Below are positions 26,257-35,944 of a DNA stretch of 64,000 bases, piece by piece (position 1 is the stretch's first letter; each line of letters opens with the position of its first letter). The position numbers were made by a program, and so were the translations under genes. The stretch spans positions 186,001 to 250,000 of IMG/VR virus record IMGVR_UViG_3300025141_000016; one strand, written 5' to 3'. Under the pieces are notes generated by a model, which worked only from the letters and a program-made list of their open reading frames with translations, was not told where the DNA came from and did no database searches.

Positions 26257-26302
26257 CCCTCCCGCATAGGGCTGACCGTCATGGTCATTCCCTCCCACCC
26301 AT

Positions 26303-26340
26303 AAGGGGCACAGGACCATTCTCGGTCCTGTGCCCCTTTC
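26303..26340 (+). terminator. intrinsic terminator
   Basis: AAGGGGCACAGGACC-ATTCTC-GGTCCTGTGCCCCTT-TC. Confidence 0.7.
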
Positions 26341-26430
26341 TCTGTATCTGCCCGCCGCGCCCACGCATAGGGGGGTAGGCCCCCACGGGGGACCGGGTAA
26401 TATGGGGTGACACCTACCAGGGAGGTCCAC

Positions 26431-26646
26431 ATGAAGGACTCACCACAGGACTTGCTCCTCACTCTCTCCAAGCCGACCGGCATCATGGGGAGCAAGGACT
26501 CCCTCGACGCTGCCCAGGTATGGGCAAGGGCCGTCTGCCATTCTATCCTCGGACCAGAGGAAGGAGAGAGGTACTACAGGCAGATGCCAGCCCTCTCCAC
26601 CCTCCTGGCCTACAAGGCCATGCTCGCGTCAGGCGAGTGGCATTAG
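26431..26646 (+). CDS. hypothetical protein
   Basis: GGAGG RBS before ATG 26431. Confidence 0.55.
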   Translation: MKDSPQDLLLTLSKPTGIMGSKDSLDAAQVWARAVCHSILGPEEGERYYRQMPALSTLLAYKAMLASGEWH

Positions 26647-26669
26647 TCGTTACTCAATACACGGAGGGT

Positions 26670-26765
26670 GTGACTGTCACAAACGTAAACGTAACAGTCA
26701 CACTCGGTAAACGTAACAGTATGGTATGCAAACGTAACAGTTAGGTATGCAAACCTAACAGTCAC
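26670..26765. repeat. phased palindrome array (five units, some degenerate)
   Basis: Units at 26670, 26691, 26713, 26734 and 26755; shares GGTATGCAAACGTAAC with the 15062 array. Confidence 0.85.
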
Positions 26766-27223
26766 AAACACACCCCAACGCCGACCTGTCAGAACCGACG
26801 ACAAAACCCCTGGGGGGGTACCGGCCCCCCCTGTTGGCCACATTGAAACCGCGTCCAAAATCGGAACGCTAATCCCAACCCCCCTTGGACAAACCCTTTG
26901 AAGGGTTGACCTCCACACAGACCCCCCTTCGCTGGAAGGCCCCCCTTTCTGTGTGCGTCCGAGGGGCGACTCCCCGAATGGCAAGTGGCTGTTGGTGGCC
27001 CTTTCTTATCTGGCGGTCACAGGTGTCCTCCCCCCGGTCACAGGTGTCCGGGCGTGATCCCACGATCCCTTTCGTCGCCGGTACGGTCCAGGGCACCATG
27101 GGAACCGACAGGAACCCATAGGAAATGACAGGCAAGCAGTTGAAACATAGGCGCTTTCTATCGGGGGGTGGTGTCGTCTGGGGTCTGGGTACAGATGAAG
27201 CGCACCCCTCACCAGAAGCACCC

Positions 27224-27652
27224 ATGCCTGACCTCATCACTCTCGACATATTCACCTTGTTTGGCCGTGATGATGGCCTCGGGGTCGAAGTCCAACCCGT
27301 CATCCCTGTGCGAACAAAAGGCGACACGGAACAAAGGTTTGAGGCGTTCCACAGGATGAACCCGCATGTCTACGGCCACATTGTTGAGATCGCCCTTGAC
27401 CTCAAAGGCCGGGGTTTCGGTCGCTGTAGCATCTGGCTCATCTTCAACCGCCTGCGGTGGCTCTACGCCCTCCAGACGCAAGGGGACGAGTTCAAGCTCA
27501 ACAACAACTACACGGCGTACTACGCCCGGTTGGTGATGGCGACCGTCCCCGACCTCGACGGGTTCTTTGAGACGCGGTTGCACAAAGGGCAAGACCCTTA
27601 CGTTCCCGATCTTGTGGCGTTGGGCTTCGGCGCGAGATTGACCCATGAATGA
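27224..27652 (+). CDS. hypothetical phage protein (FKLNNN..AYYAR motif)
   Basis: FEAFHRMNPHVY...RW...FKLNNNYTAYYAR...FFETR. Confidence 0.7.
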   Translation: MPDLITLDIFTLFGRDDGLGVEVQPVIPVRTKGDTEQRFEAFHRMNPHVYGHIVEIALDLKGRGFGRCSIWLIFNRLRWLYALQTQGDEFKLNNNYTAYYARLVMATVPDLDGFFETRLHKGQDPYVPDLVALGFGARLTHE

Positions 27653-28262
27653 CGTTGTGGATTTACTGTTCGATTGGCAGGACGAGGCAGAGGCCCGTAG
27701 GCGCGAGGCTGCTGAAGCCCCCGTCGAGCGTGGTACAAAAGGCAGTGGCCCAGCCCCACTCCCTTGGCCTCCCCGCGAGGTCACGGAGGAAGAACTCGCC
27801 AGTGGTTCGACCCGGACATGCAAGACGTGTCGGGGGACGTACCCCGAAACCCCCGAGTTCTACGTCATACGTCAAAGCGGCCCGAGGAAAGGATATGCGG
27901 GAACGGAGTGTCGGGAGTGCCAAAACCAGCGAACCCGCCACTTCACCGCGCAGAAGACACTTCCCTTTCGCTGTAGGAGGATTCACGGGGAAGCAAAGAG
28001 GCGTGGGATCGAGTGGGCCTTCGATTCCCCCGAAGTCCTACGCGAGTTCTACGGTGCTCCCTGTCATTACTGCGGGGGCGAGGTCGAGCACCGTCTTGGT
28101 CTGGACCGGGTGGACAACGACAAAGGCTACGTTCCCGGCAACGTGGTTCAATGTTGTGCGAGGTGCAACTGGATGAAAAGGGAACTCGCCGTAGACGAGT
28201 GGCTGGCTCACATGCGGCGGGTGTTGGATCACACCTCTCAATCAGGAAGCGGTTGTGAGTGA
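27645..28262 (+). CDS. HNH endonuclease
   Basis: CHYCG...LDRVDNDKGYVPGNVVQCCARCNWMK. Confidence 0.85.
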   Translation: MNDVVDLLFDWQDEAEARRREAAEAPVERGTKGSGPAPLPWPPREVTEEELASGSTRTCKTCRGTYPETPEFYVIRQSGPRKGYAGTECRECQNQRTRHFTAQKTLPFRCRRIHGEAKRRGIEWAFDSPEVLREFYGAPCHYCGGEVEHRLGLDRVDNDKGYVPGNVVQCCARCNWMKRELAVDEWLAHMRRVLDHTSQSGSGCE

Positions 28263-28944
28263 CCGCGAAGTCCTCACCCTCAACATGCTCATTGAGGACG
28301 CTGTGGTCGAGGGCGAGTCTGATTCCCACCGCGTATGGATGCGGAAACACCGAGAGGTCGCCGCGACAGGGAACGGGCTTCGACGGGCGTGGCCGTGGCC
28401 TCCCCGTGTGGTCTTTCCTTCGGAAAGGGCAGGTCCGTGTCGCCAGTGCGTAGTGTGCGACGAGGTGTACCCCCTCACAGACGAGTTTTTCCCAGCCAAC
28501 AAGAACCGCCAGAAGACCCGGATCGTCTCCCATCGGAAGGAGTGCCGTGGTTGTGCTCGTATCCGTCACAGGAACCTTGAACGCCACAAGGTCCGAGACA
28601 CCCCCTTGCAGTATCGCTACAGAATGATCCGAAAGGGTGCGCTACGACGGGGGCATCGGTGGGGGTTCAAGTCTCCCGAGGGTTTGCGTGGGTATCTGGA
28701 TGCTCCCTGCCACTATTGCGGGGGAGAGGTGGAGACTCGACTTGCCCTCGACCGCATCGACAGCATGAAGGGGTACACCCCCGGCAACGTGGTTTCGTGT
28801 TGCTGGCGGTGTAACCGCTGCAAGGTCGATCTCTCCACGGACGAGTGGTACGCCCACATGGAGAAGATCCTGGCTCACCGGAAGGGGGGTGGAGAAGACC
28901 TTTCACCGAGTAATGGAGGGAGTCTATCTGACCCCAGGAGTTGA
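28255..28944 (+). CDS. HNH endonuclease, tandem paralog
   Basis: CHYCG...LDRIDSMKGYTPGNVVSCCWRCNRCK. Confidence 0.85.
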   Translation: MSDREVLTLNMLIEDAVVEGESDSHRVWMRKHREVAATGNGLRRAWPWPPRVVFPSERAGPCRQCVVCDEVYPLTDEFFPANKNRQKTRIVSHRKECRGCARIRHRNLERHKVRDTPLQYRYRMIRKGALRRGHRWGFKSPEGLRGYLDAPCHYCGGEVETRLALDRIDSMKGYTPGNVVSCCWRCNRCKVDLSTDEWYAHMEKILAHRKGGGEDLSPSNGGSLSDPRS

Positions 28945-28947
28945 GCC

Positions 28948-29499
28948 ATGAGCCATCAGGACATTTTCGAGATTTTCAGTATGCCTGACCCTTCGGATGC
29001 GAAGCCCGAGCCTCGGGTTGTCCACGCGCCACCTCCAGCGTGGGCGACGTTGGAGGATGCTGTAGCCTTTGTGCAAGCCAATCTCGATGATGGTGTGGAG
29101 TGTCCTTGCTGCAATCAGTATGCCCGTCGTTACAAGCGGAGGTTCAACGCTACGATGACCCGTTCCCTCATCTGGCTGGTTCGGGAGTGGGAGGACAACG
29201 GGAACACCTGGGTAGAGGTGCCCAAACACGGTCCTCGTTGGCTTGTTCGGTCTAACCAGCTTCCGACGGTACGGTGGTGGGGTTTGGTCAAGCGTCCTCC
29301 GAGTAACGATCCGGCCTTGAAGCATGAGGGCCTTTGGTGTCCGACGCAGAAGGGTGTGGATTTCGCTCATGGTCGCATCAAGGTGCCGGAGCGTGCGGTT
29401 ACCTACCGGGGTGTTGTAGAAGACCTCATTGGAAAGGACGTGGCTGTACAGGACACTCTGGGCAAGAAGTTCAACTATGCCGAGTTGATGTCAACGTAG
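28948..29499 (+). CDS. hypothetical protein (CPCC; winged-helix-like)
   Basis: CPCCNQ; RWWGLV...GLWCPTQKG. Confidence 0.7.
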   Translation: MSHQDIFEIFSMPDPSDAKPEPRVVHAPPPAWATLEDAVAFVQANLDDGVECPCCNQYARRYKRRFNATMTRSLIWLVREWEDNGNTWVEVPKHGPRWLVRSNQLPTVRWWGLVKRPPSNDPALKHEGLWCPTQKGVDFAHGRIKVPERAVTYRGVVEDLIGKDVAVQDTLGKKFNYAELMST

Positions 29500-29565
29500 C
29501 CAAGAGGAGGGGGGTCCATTGTTGCTCCGTTCCGGTAAGGGGATTCTGACACGGAGGACTCCCCT

Positions 29566-29985
29566 ATGGCAGAAAAGATCCCTGACTTCTCTTGGTTGAA
29601 AGACCTTCCTCCCCCTGACCCAAAGATCGCGGCTGCTCTTGCCGAGAAACATGCGGCGAAGTGGGACCACCAGACCTGGGACGTAGTGATCTCCGACCGG
29701 GAGATGATCCTGCGACACTTGGAACGCTCTTGTGGGGGCAAGCACCCCAAGCCCTTCATGTCCACCGAGGGACACAACGACGTAGCAGTGGGCGAAGGCC
29801 CGACTCCCAAAGGGTTGCTCTACTCCCTCGACATGTTGATGACCCTCCGCGATGAGGGGCTCGTGACCTCATGGAAGGACGGCAAAGTCTACGTCACGAC
29901 GAACAGCCCTTCCACGACCATTGAGTGGTGGCTCGGAGATGAAGAGTTTGAGGGACCGGGTGTCCTCAACGGGGAGGAAATCTGA
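29566..29985 (+). CDS. hypothetical protein
   Basis: GGAGG RBS; part of a coupled operon. Confidence 0.7.
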   Translation: MAEKIPDFSWLKDLPPPDPKIAAALAEKHAAKWDHQTWDVVISDREMILRHLERSCGGKHPKPFMSTEGHNDVAVGEGPTPKGLLYSLDMLMTLRDEGLVTSWKDGKVYVTTNSPSTTIEWWLGDEEFEGPGVLNGEEI

Positions 29986-30452
29986 TGGGTCACGCGCATT
30001 TAGGAAACATCTCCGAGTTCGTCATTCGATACCTGTACGCCAAGGGGCAGGTGAGCATTGATGACATTCTCAATCAGATGCACCGGAAAGGGGAAACCCT
30101 CCATGCCTCCGAAGATGAGTACGACGACTACGGGACGATGGGCAGCGGCGTAGAGTCGGTCATTACGTTTCACCGGGGGAAAGGGGTGATTGAGCCCGCT
30201 GACCCCACTCCAGAGGAAACGGCTCTGTTGGATTACCCAGACAAACTCACCAACAGCAACTTCACTCAATCATGCGAGGGCTTTGGGTTCCCGTCCGATG
30301 CCGAACTGGTTGGCTATGGCTTCGCCAAAGAGGACAACAAGTTGTGGGAGGCTTTCTACAACATCAAGTGGCGATTCTGTGAGGGCCAGCGCAACCGCTA
30401 CAAGAACGGTGGCACATCCAACTACGACCACCTCGGGTCAATCACTGTTTGA
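29985..30452 (+). CDS. hypothetical protein
   Basis: TGATG coupling to the upstream gene. Confidence 0.7.
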   Translation: MGHAHLGNISEFVIRYLYAKGQVSIDDILNQMHRKGETLHASEDEYDDYGTMGSGVESVITFHRGKGVIEPADPTPEETALLDYPDKLTNSNFTQSCEGFGFPSDAELVGYGFAKEDNKLWEAFYNIKWRFCEGQRNRYKNGGTSNYDHLGSITV

Positions 30453-30461
30453 GGGGAAGTC

Positions 30462-31238
30462 ATGCTTTTGTACCACGGCACATCGGAGCGTGTTGCTCGC
30501 CTTGCTTTGAAGGAGGGGTTGTCCCCTCGGAACGAACTGGATGAGGACGGCAACTGGGAGGAGCACCCGTCATGTGGGGCGATGGTCTACCTGACGACTG
30601 CCTACGCTGGGTTCTTCGCTCTCAACGCCACGAAAGAGGGTGAGCGGTGGGGGATCATCGAGATCGACTCCGACCGCTTGGACGAGGACAACCTGCGCCC
30701 GGACGAGGACTTCTTGGAGCAGGCATCCCGCTCGGAGGAGAACCGGAAGGCATTTCACGCCATGGGCCTGGAACATGACCCCGAGGATGTGCTTGCCATG
30801 GATGCGTCCATGGCGGAACGGACTCGTTGGATTCGTGACCACATCGAGTTCTTCGGCCCTTGGTGGGGGAACGGCGACTTCTGGAAGAAGTCTATCGACG
30901 GCATTGGGAACTGCGCCCACTTCGGCTGGATTCCGGTCGAGGCGATTACGCGGGTGGGGCTGTTTGACCCCGAGTCGAACGGCACCATCGCCATGGTTGG
31001 TCTGGACCCCTCCATCTCGCTGATGAACTTCGCCATCTGCGAGGGGAAGTATCGTGCTCACACTCAATGGCTGGTGGGCGACGAGATCGATCCGGGTGCT
31101 CTCCTGGGCGCGACATGGACCAAGGAAGCCGTGGCCGACAACCCCCACGTCGCTGACAGTATGCAGCCCCACATCGAGCGGATGCGGGAGGCCCTGGCGT
31201 TCCGTGATGGCCTGGAGGTGATCCGTGCTGTTCGATAA
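30462..31238 (+). CDS. ADP-ribosyltransferase-fold protein (untagged)
   Basis: LLYHGTS...EGLSPR...VYLT...IPVEAI. Confidence 0.65.
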   Translation: MLLYHGTSERVARLALKEGLSPRNELDEDGNWEEHPSCGAMVYLTTAYAGFFALNATKEGERWGIIEIDSDRLDEDNLRPDEDFLEQASRSEENRKAFHAMGLEHDPEDVLAMDASMAERTRWIRDHIEFFGPWWGNGDFWKKSIDGIGNCAHFGWIPVEAITRVGLFDPESNGTIAMVGLDPSISLMNFAICEGKYRAHTQWLVGDEIDPGALLGATWTKEAVADNPHVADSMQPHIERMREALAFRDGLEVIRAVR

Positions 31239-31932
31239 TCTCCATGCGTTGCTCCAAGGCGGCGACCTGCGGACAGCCCGCGCTGTCTACCGGAAGATAC
31301 GATCCCAGATGGCTCCCGAGTGGCTGGCCAACCTCTACGGTGATTGCATCGCGGTGGAGATTGGCCTCACCCGCATCTCGGAGTCTCCAGTGAACCTGTA
31401 TCGGGTGTCGGCCCAGGTGATCCTGCTCGGGGATACCGAAGACAAGCCCGTAGGAACCGTCAGGAAGGGGCTCTACGCCCCCCACACCCTTTCTTATGAG
31501 GACGGGGAAGCCATCGAGGTTGGGGTGGGGGAGATCGCTGACGCATTGGACGTGGCTGCTGCCAGGGGCGGTGCCCTGTACGACTCCCTTCGACGGGAGG
31601 GGGAAGTAGAACCCATGTCTTCGGGCTGGCTGCACCTGGGTCAGATCGAACTGTTGCCCGCGTATCGGGGGCTGGGGATCTCCCACTATGTGATGAAGGA
31701 GATCGTCGCGGCGTTGGGTTCCAACGCGGTGGTGACTCTCCAGCCGTTCCCGCTTGGAACTGACCTGACCCCAACGCAGACCGATGCGGCAGCCGCCGCG
31801 TTGGAGGAGCACTGGGTTCGGTTCGGGGTCAAGAACGTGAGCATCGCCCACGATGGTTCTCGGATGCTGTGGTTTGACATGGCTTGTGTCAATCACGGCT
31901 CTCTACTGACTTATGAAGGAGCCCTCCCATGA
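31225..31932 (+). CDS. GNAT-family acetyltransferase (untagged)
   Basis: LHLGQIELLPAYRGLGIS acetyl-CoA motif; LEEHWVRFG. Confidence 0.7.
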   Translation: MLFDNLHALLQGGDLRTARAVYRKIRSQMAPEWLANLYGDCIAVEIGLTRISESPVNLYRVSAQVILLGDTEDKPVGTVRKGLYAPHTLSYEDGEAIEVGVGEIADALDVAAARGGALYDSLRREGEVEPMSSGWLHLGQIELLPAYRGLGISHYVMKEIVAALGSNAVVTLQPFPLGTDLTPTQTDAAAAALEEHWVRFGVKNVSIAHDGSRMLWFDMACVNHGSLLTYEGALP

Positions 31933-32279
31933 ATGACCCCTCCCTGCTGATCGAGCACGCACTCACCGAGGGGGAGTGTTTGGCTTTCCTCGACAGGTTC
32001 ACGGGCCTCAATCCCCACTGGAAGGGGGCCAGGGTTGCGGACGTGCTGGCGGTGCTCGATGACACGGACTCTCACTGTGGGGACATTGAGCAGGTCGTTG
32101 ACCACTTCAAGCCCACGGACACAGTAGAAAGTGCCCTGTACCGGATGGCTTCTTATGCGGTCCTCTACTCGGCCCACGGGGAGACGGTGGCCTCGCCCGT
32201 TGGTCTTCGTGACTTGGACGCACCCGGCAACCGGAACCGCATCCAGGCTCTCGTGGCAAAGGCACAGGGTCAGCCGTGA
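31929..32279 (+). CDS. hypothetical protein
   Basis: Overlaps both neighbours in the operon. Confidence 0.6.
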   Translation: MNDPSLLIEHALTEGECLAFLDRFTGLNPHWKGARVADVLAVLDDTDSHCGDIEQVVDHFKPTDTVESALYRMASYAVLYSAHGETVASPVGLRDLDAPGNRNRIQALVAKAQGQP

Positions 32280-32971
32280 CTGCCAAGCGTCATAGGTGGG
32301 TCTGCCCTACCTGCGAGGCAGGGGTGCTGGCTCCGAGCAAGCCTCGGCGTGATGATGTGCGGAGGTTCTGTCTGCCGTGCTCTGCCGAGACGGGTCGGAT
32401 GGTTGAGCGGACATGTCCTTCCCTGGACAAGAAGCGTGAACAGCGCCGTGTGAGCCGGAGCGAGCAGGACAAGAAGAAGCGGGCTACCGCCAAGCGCAAG
32501 GCCGAAGCCGAGGCCAAGGCACGGCATGAGCGGGAGGAGTCCCGTTGGTTCGTGGAGGGCCACGACATTCGCGAGGAGTTCGTTCGGCTGACTCGCTTCA
32601 CTCGGGTCTGGGCATCCATCCGAGGGAAGCCCACCCTGATGAGGTGGTGGAAGGGCTGGACGTTGACCACCTCGTATCGGTCGAAGGGAACACGAAGCCA
32701 GAGCGGCTACTGCAACGTGTACGGTCGCCAGATCAACATCTCGGTTTCGGACCATTCCAACTGGGCCTGTGTTCGCGAGACGCTGCTTCACGAGATGGTT
32801 CATGCGGTGCTGCCCCCGGAGGAAAACCACGGTGACCGGTTCCGCTACGGGCTGGCCCAGGCAGCACATGGGGTCGGCTACGTCCCCGAGGGAACGGTGA
32901 TCCCCGTGTCGGGGGCAACACACAAGGCCGACAACCTCATTGAACAATGCTTGATGGACATGGACAAATGA
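32276..32971 (+). CDS. SprT-like zincin metalloprotease with N-terminal Zn-ribbon
   Basis: ETLLHEMVH...HGDRF; CPTC...CLPC. Confidence 0.75.
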   Translation: MTAKRHRWVCPTCEAGVLAPSKPRRDDVRRFCLPCSAETGRMVERTCPSLDKKREQRRVSRSEQDKKKRATAKRKAEAEAKARHEREESRWFVEGHDIREEFVRLTRFTRVWASIRGKPTLMRWWKGWTLTTSYRSKGTRSQSGYCNVYGRQINISVSDHSNWACVRETLLHEMVHAVLPPEENHGDRFRYGLAQAAHGVGYVPEGTVIPVSGATHKADNLIEQCLMDMDK

Positions 32972-33405
32972 CCACCCCCAAACTCACCATCGAACTTGTG
33001 CCCAAGGGCCAGTGGGGCATGAACCTACGAAGCGAGTTGCCACGGGCAGCCTGGAACCGGCTCCGCAGGGACACCTACAAGGCGGCTGACTACCACTGCG
33101 AGGTCTGTGGTGGTGTGGGCAGCAAGCATCCAGTGGAGTGCCACGAGCGATGGCGCTACGACGACGACACCAAGACCCAGGTGTTGGAGGGGTTGATCGC
33201 CCTGTGCCCTGCGTGCCACGAGGTCAAGCACATTGGCCGTGCCGGTGCCGTGGGTCGGTTGGAGCACGCTGTCGCCCATCTGATGAAGGTGAATGGTTGG
33301 GAAGCTGACCGTGCCTTGGAGTACATAGACGATGCGTTCTCGCTCTGGGCGAAGCGGTCGCAAGCAGAGTGGACCCTGGACCTATCCTGGCTCCACGAAG
33401 GGTAG
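32968..33405 (+). CDS. HNH endonuclease
   Basis: CEVCG...ECHERW...LCPACHEVKH. Confidence 0.8.
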   Translation: MTTPKLTIELVPKGQWGMNLRSELPRAAWNRLRRDTYKAADYHCEVCGGVGSKHPVECHERWRYDDDTKTQVLEGLIALCPACHEVKHIGRAGAVGRLEHAVAHLMKVNGWEADRALEYIDDAFSLWAKRSQAEWTLDLSWLHEG

Positions 33406-33575
33406 GGTGGGGGTGTGTTCACCAAGACGGCCAGTTCCTTGTATTCACGAACCCCATTCCTTGTAATCACATTTCCAATCGTGACTTTCACACCCTGGAG
33501 GGGGGTTGTGGGGTTTCCGAATCCGGTAATACCGATTTGGAAACTTGACTGTCACAACCCTCCGAGGGAGAGAAC

Positions 33576-34187
33576 ATGAAGCTGATTCTGGAGTTCCGGT
33601 CGATGGAGGAGATGCGGGCATTTTGCCGGGAGCAGATGAGCCAAGAGGTTGTTGCTCCCCAGCGCGAGGTGCCTGTCAATGGGAGTTCCGATGCCCCGGT
33701 GTTGGAGGTTCCCGAGGACCAAGAGTCCATTACGGGGTTGGGCAAACGCCAAGTAGCTGTGTTGCGTGCCCTTGCTGATGGGGCGCACCGCCCAACGAAG
33801 TGGATCTCGGAGGAGATTGGTCTTGCCGTCCCCGCCCTCTCCACGACCCTCACAAGCCTCGCCAAGCGTGGATTGGTGAACAGGGTCAAGTGGGGCACCT
33901 GGGCCAAGGCTGACGGCGCTCCTGGGGTTCCCGAGGCCCCCGAGCCGGTAGTGGAGCCGGAGGTGGTTGAGACTCCCCCTGTGGAAGTGGGGGTCACCCC
34001 TCCCCCACCCAAGCCCAAGCGAAAGGCGAAGCCCAAGCCCAAGCCCAAGCCCAAGCCCAAGGCGAAAGAGAAAGAGAAAGAGAAAGAGAAGACCGAGCCG
34101 CCCACGACCCCTTTCCCTCCGTGGACCGGATATGAGGGTGAGGAGCAGGTGTTCTCGACGGTCGATCAGATCCTCGGAGACATTTGA
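33576..34187 (+). CDS. winged-helix DNA-binding protein with a KP/KE-repeat tail
   Basis: RQVAVLRAL...ISEEIGL...LSTTLTSLAKRGLV...GTW; KPKPKP/EKEKEK tract. Confidence 0.75.
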   Translation: MKLILEFRSMEEMRAFCREQMSQEVVAPQREVPVNGSSDAPVLEVPEDQESITGLGKRQVAVLRALADGAHRPTKWISEEIGLAVPALSTTLTSLAKRGLVNRVKWGTWAKADGAPGVPEAPEPVVEPEVVETPPVEVGVTPPPPKPKRKAKPKPKPKPKPKAKEKEKEKEKTEPPTTPFPPWTGYEGEEQVFSTVDQILGDI

Positions 34188-34188
34188 G

Positions 34189-34410
34189 ATGGTCATGGAC
34201 ACGGAGAGGTTCGTGCGTGAGGAGTCCTCGTTCACGACTCCCGCAGGTAAGACCGTTCCCGTCGGGGGGTCGGTCTATCTCGTAGGCTCGCCAAGCAAGG
34301 TGGCCACATTTACGGTGAAGACCATCTGGGATGATGGGAACGTAACCCTCACCCGTCTCTACGACGGTTCTATCCACTACCGTCAGACCTCCGAGTTGGA
34401 AGCCCCGTAG
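34189..34410 (+). CDS. small SH3/KOW-like hypothetical protein
   Basis: Fills the gap up to the convergent gene. Confidence 0.5.
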   Translation: MVMDTERFVREESSFTTPAGKTVPVGGSVYLVGSPSKVATFTVKTIWDDGNVTLTRLYDGSIHYRQTSELEAP

Positions 34411-35205
34411 CTACGCAGCGGTCATTTCGGCTACGTCCTGCTCAAAGTCGGACTTCCAGTTGGGGCGCTTCCGCATAAGGCCCAGGTACAGCAGCCGCCC
34501 TTTCTTGGGATTGATGCTGACTGGGTAGGGGCGTTGCTGGGACATGATGGTGAAGATCACGTCACCGCCTTTGGTGTACTTGAAGCCCATGATGTAGCCG
34601 GAGTAGTACGGTCCCTTGCGGTCCTCACCCTTCGCCGTGCCTCGTTCCTGATACTGTTGGACGACGTGCTTGCGGTAGGGTTCGACCTCGCCAGCCTTGG
34701 CGAAGTAGACCACTTCCATGTGCTGCTTCGCGGTGCCTTCGCTGTACTGGCTCTTGGGGCTGTAGCGGTAGAGGCCGGTCTTGGTTCCGGTGGAGTGTCC
34801 GAAGAAGCGAGCGGTCTGGCCGTTCTCAAACTTGACGAGAACGCCATCCTCATCAATCTTCTCGACGGTACAGGGCTTGTACTTGAACTGGTCGGCTACG
34901 TCTTGGTTTTGGGGCGGGGCCTTGTCGGGCTTGGGTAGGAGCATGTCGCCCACCTGAATGTTCGGCCCGCGCTTGGTCTTCTTGGTGTACGGGGTCGGCT
35001 CTCTGCCGAGGATCTTCTCCAGATACGTTTCCATGGCGCGTGGGGACATGGGGTCTTGGTTGAGGACGACCCAATCAATGAACTGGGAGGTTTCTGCTTT
35101 GAGGGCAGTCCTCTGGTGCAGCCCGGACAGGATCTCTCGCCGCTCCTCTGACCCCACCGGAAGTGTGGCGGCCTTACGAATGAGGGTTCTCCGGTCAGTG
35201 CTCAT
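34411..35205 (-). CDS. tag-A protein, hypothetical cargo
   Basis: MSTDRRTLIRKAATLPVGSEERREILSGLHQRTA. Confidence 0.85.
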   Translation of the reverse strand: MSTDRRTLIRKAATLPVGSEERREILSGLHQRTALKAETSQFIDWVVLNQDPMSPRAMETYLEKILGREPTPYTKKTKRGPNIQVGDMLLPKPDKAPPQNQDVADQFKYKPCTVEKIDEDGVLVKFENGQTARFFGHSTGTKTGLYRYSPKSQYSEGTAKQHMEVVYFAKAGEVEPYRKHVVQQYQERGTAKGEDRKGPYYSGYIMGFKYTKGGDVIFTIMSQQRPYPVSINPKKGRLLYLGLMRKRPNWKSDFEQDVAEMTAA

Positions 35206-35558
35206 CACAGCCCCTTGATCTTGTCGTCAATGTCCCTGGCGATAGGGGCGAGTTTCTTCAGCGCGGAGTCGAGGTTGCTGATGATCTCCTCTCGGAGTGC
35301 GCGGAGCCCTTTCTGGTCGCTGCCGTGTTCCTCAATCCAGAGGGCTAAACCATCCTCGGGGTCATCGAGGTAGGTCCACTTGGCCGCATCATGCACAGCC
35401 TTGACGACCCCCTTGTAGAACTCGGCATTGAGTTTCTGGATCTCGCGGGAAGGCGGGTCAGACCGACCTCCCCGCTTCAGGGCAGCGAGGATTTCCCGGC
35501 GCTCCTCTGACCCCTTGGGGAAGGAGGCAGCTTTTCGGATAAGGGTTCGGCGGTTCAT
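35205..35558 (-). CDS. tag-A protein, hypothetical cargo
   Basis: MNRRTLIRKAASFPKGSEERREILAALKRG. Confidence 0.85.
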   Translation of the reverse strand: MNRRTLIRKAASFPKGSEERREILAALKRGGRSDPPSREIQKLNAEFYKGVVKAVHDAAKWTYLDDPEDGLALWIEEHGSDQKGLRALREEIISNLDSALKKLAPIARDIDDKIKGL

Positions 35559-35578
35559 CGGTTCCTCACTTCTTTGGG

Positions 35579-35944
35579 CTACGAGAGGTAGGCCACGACC
35601 TCAAATCTGTGTTCATCAAGTTCGTGATACTGGAGATAGAGCATCGAGTTGGAGATCGCTGCTCCCGGCATGAAGGGGTTGGGGTCAGTGCTGACGAACT
35701 CGATGTCCGACCTCACTGTTCCGCTGGGGCGTGGGGTGAACTGGTGGGATGAGGTAAGCCCATCCACGGTGACCCCGAACTTCTGCATGATCTCGGCGGC
35801 CTTTGCGTAGCCTCTGGTGGGGCTGGCAAAGCGGCCATTCCCGTCCAGACCTGCCCGCTCCATCGCCTTGTTGATCTTCATGCGGAGGCTGCGGTCGATC
35901 TTCTGGACCAAACCCTCGGCGGCAAGAATCTTTCGGAGGCTCAT
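35579..35944 (-). CDS. hypothetical protein
   Basis: Starts MSLRKILAAEGL; ATGA overlap with the tag stub upstream. Confidence 0.75.
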   Translation of the reverse strand: MSLRKILAAEGLVQKIDRSLRMKINKAMERAGLDGNGRFASPTRGYAKAAEIMQKFGVTVDGLTSSHQFTPRPSGTVRSDIEFVSTDPNPFMPGAAISNSMLYLQYHELDEHRFEVVAYLS

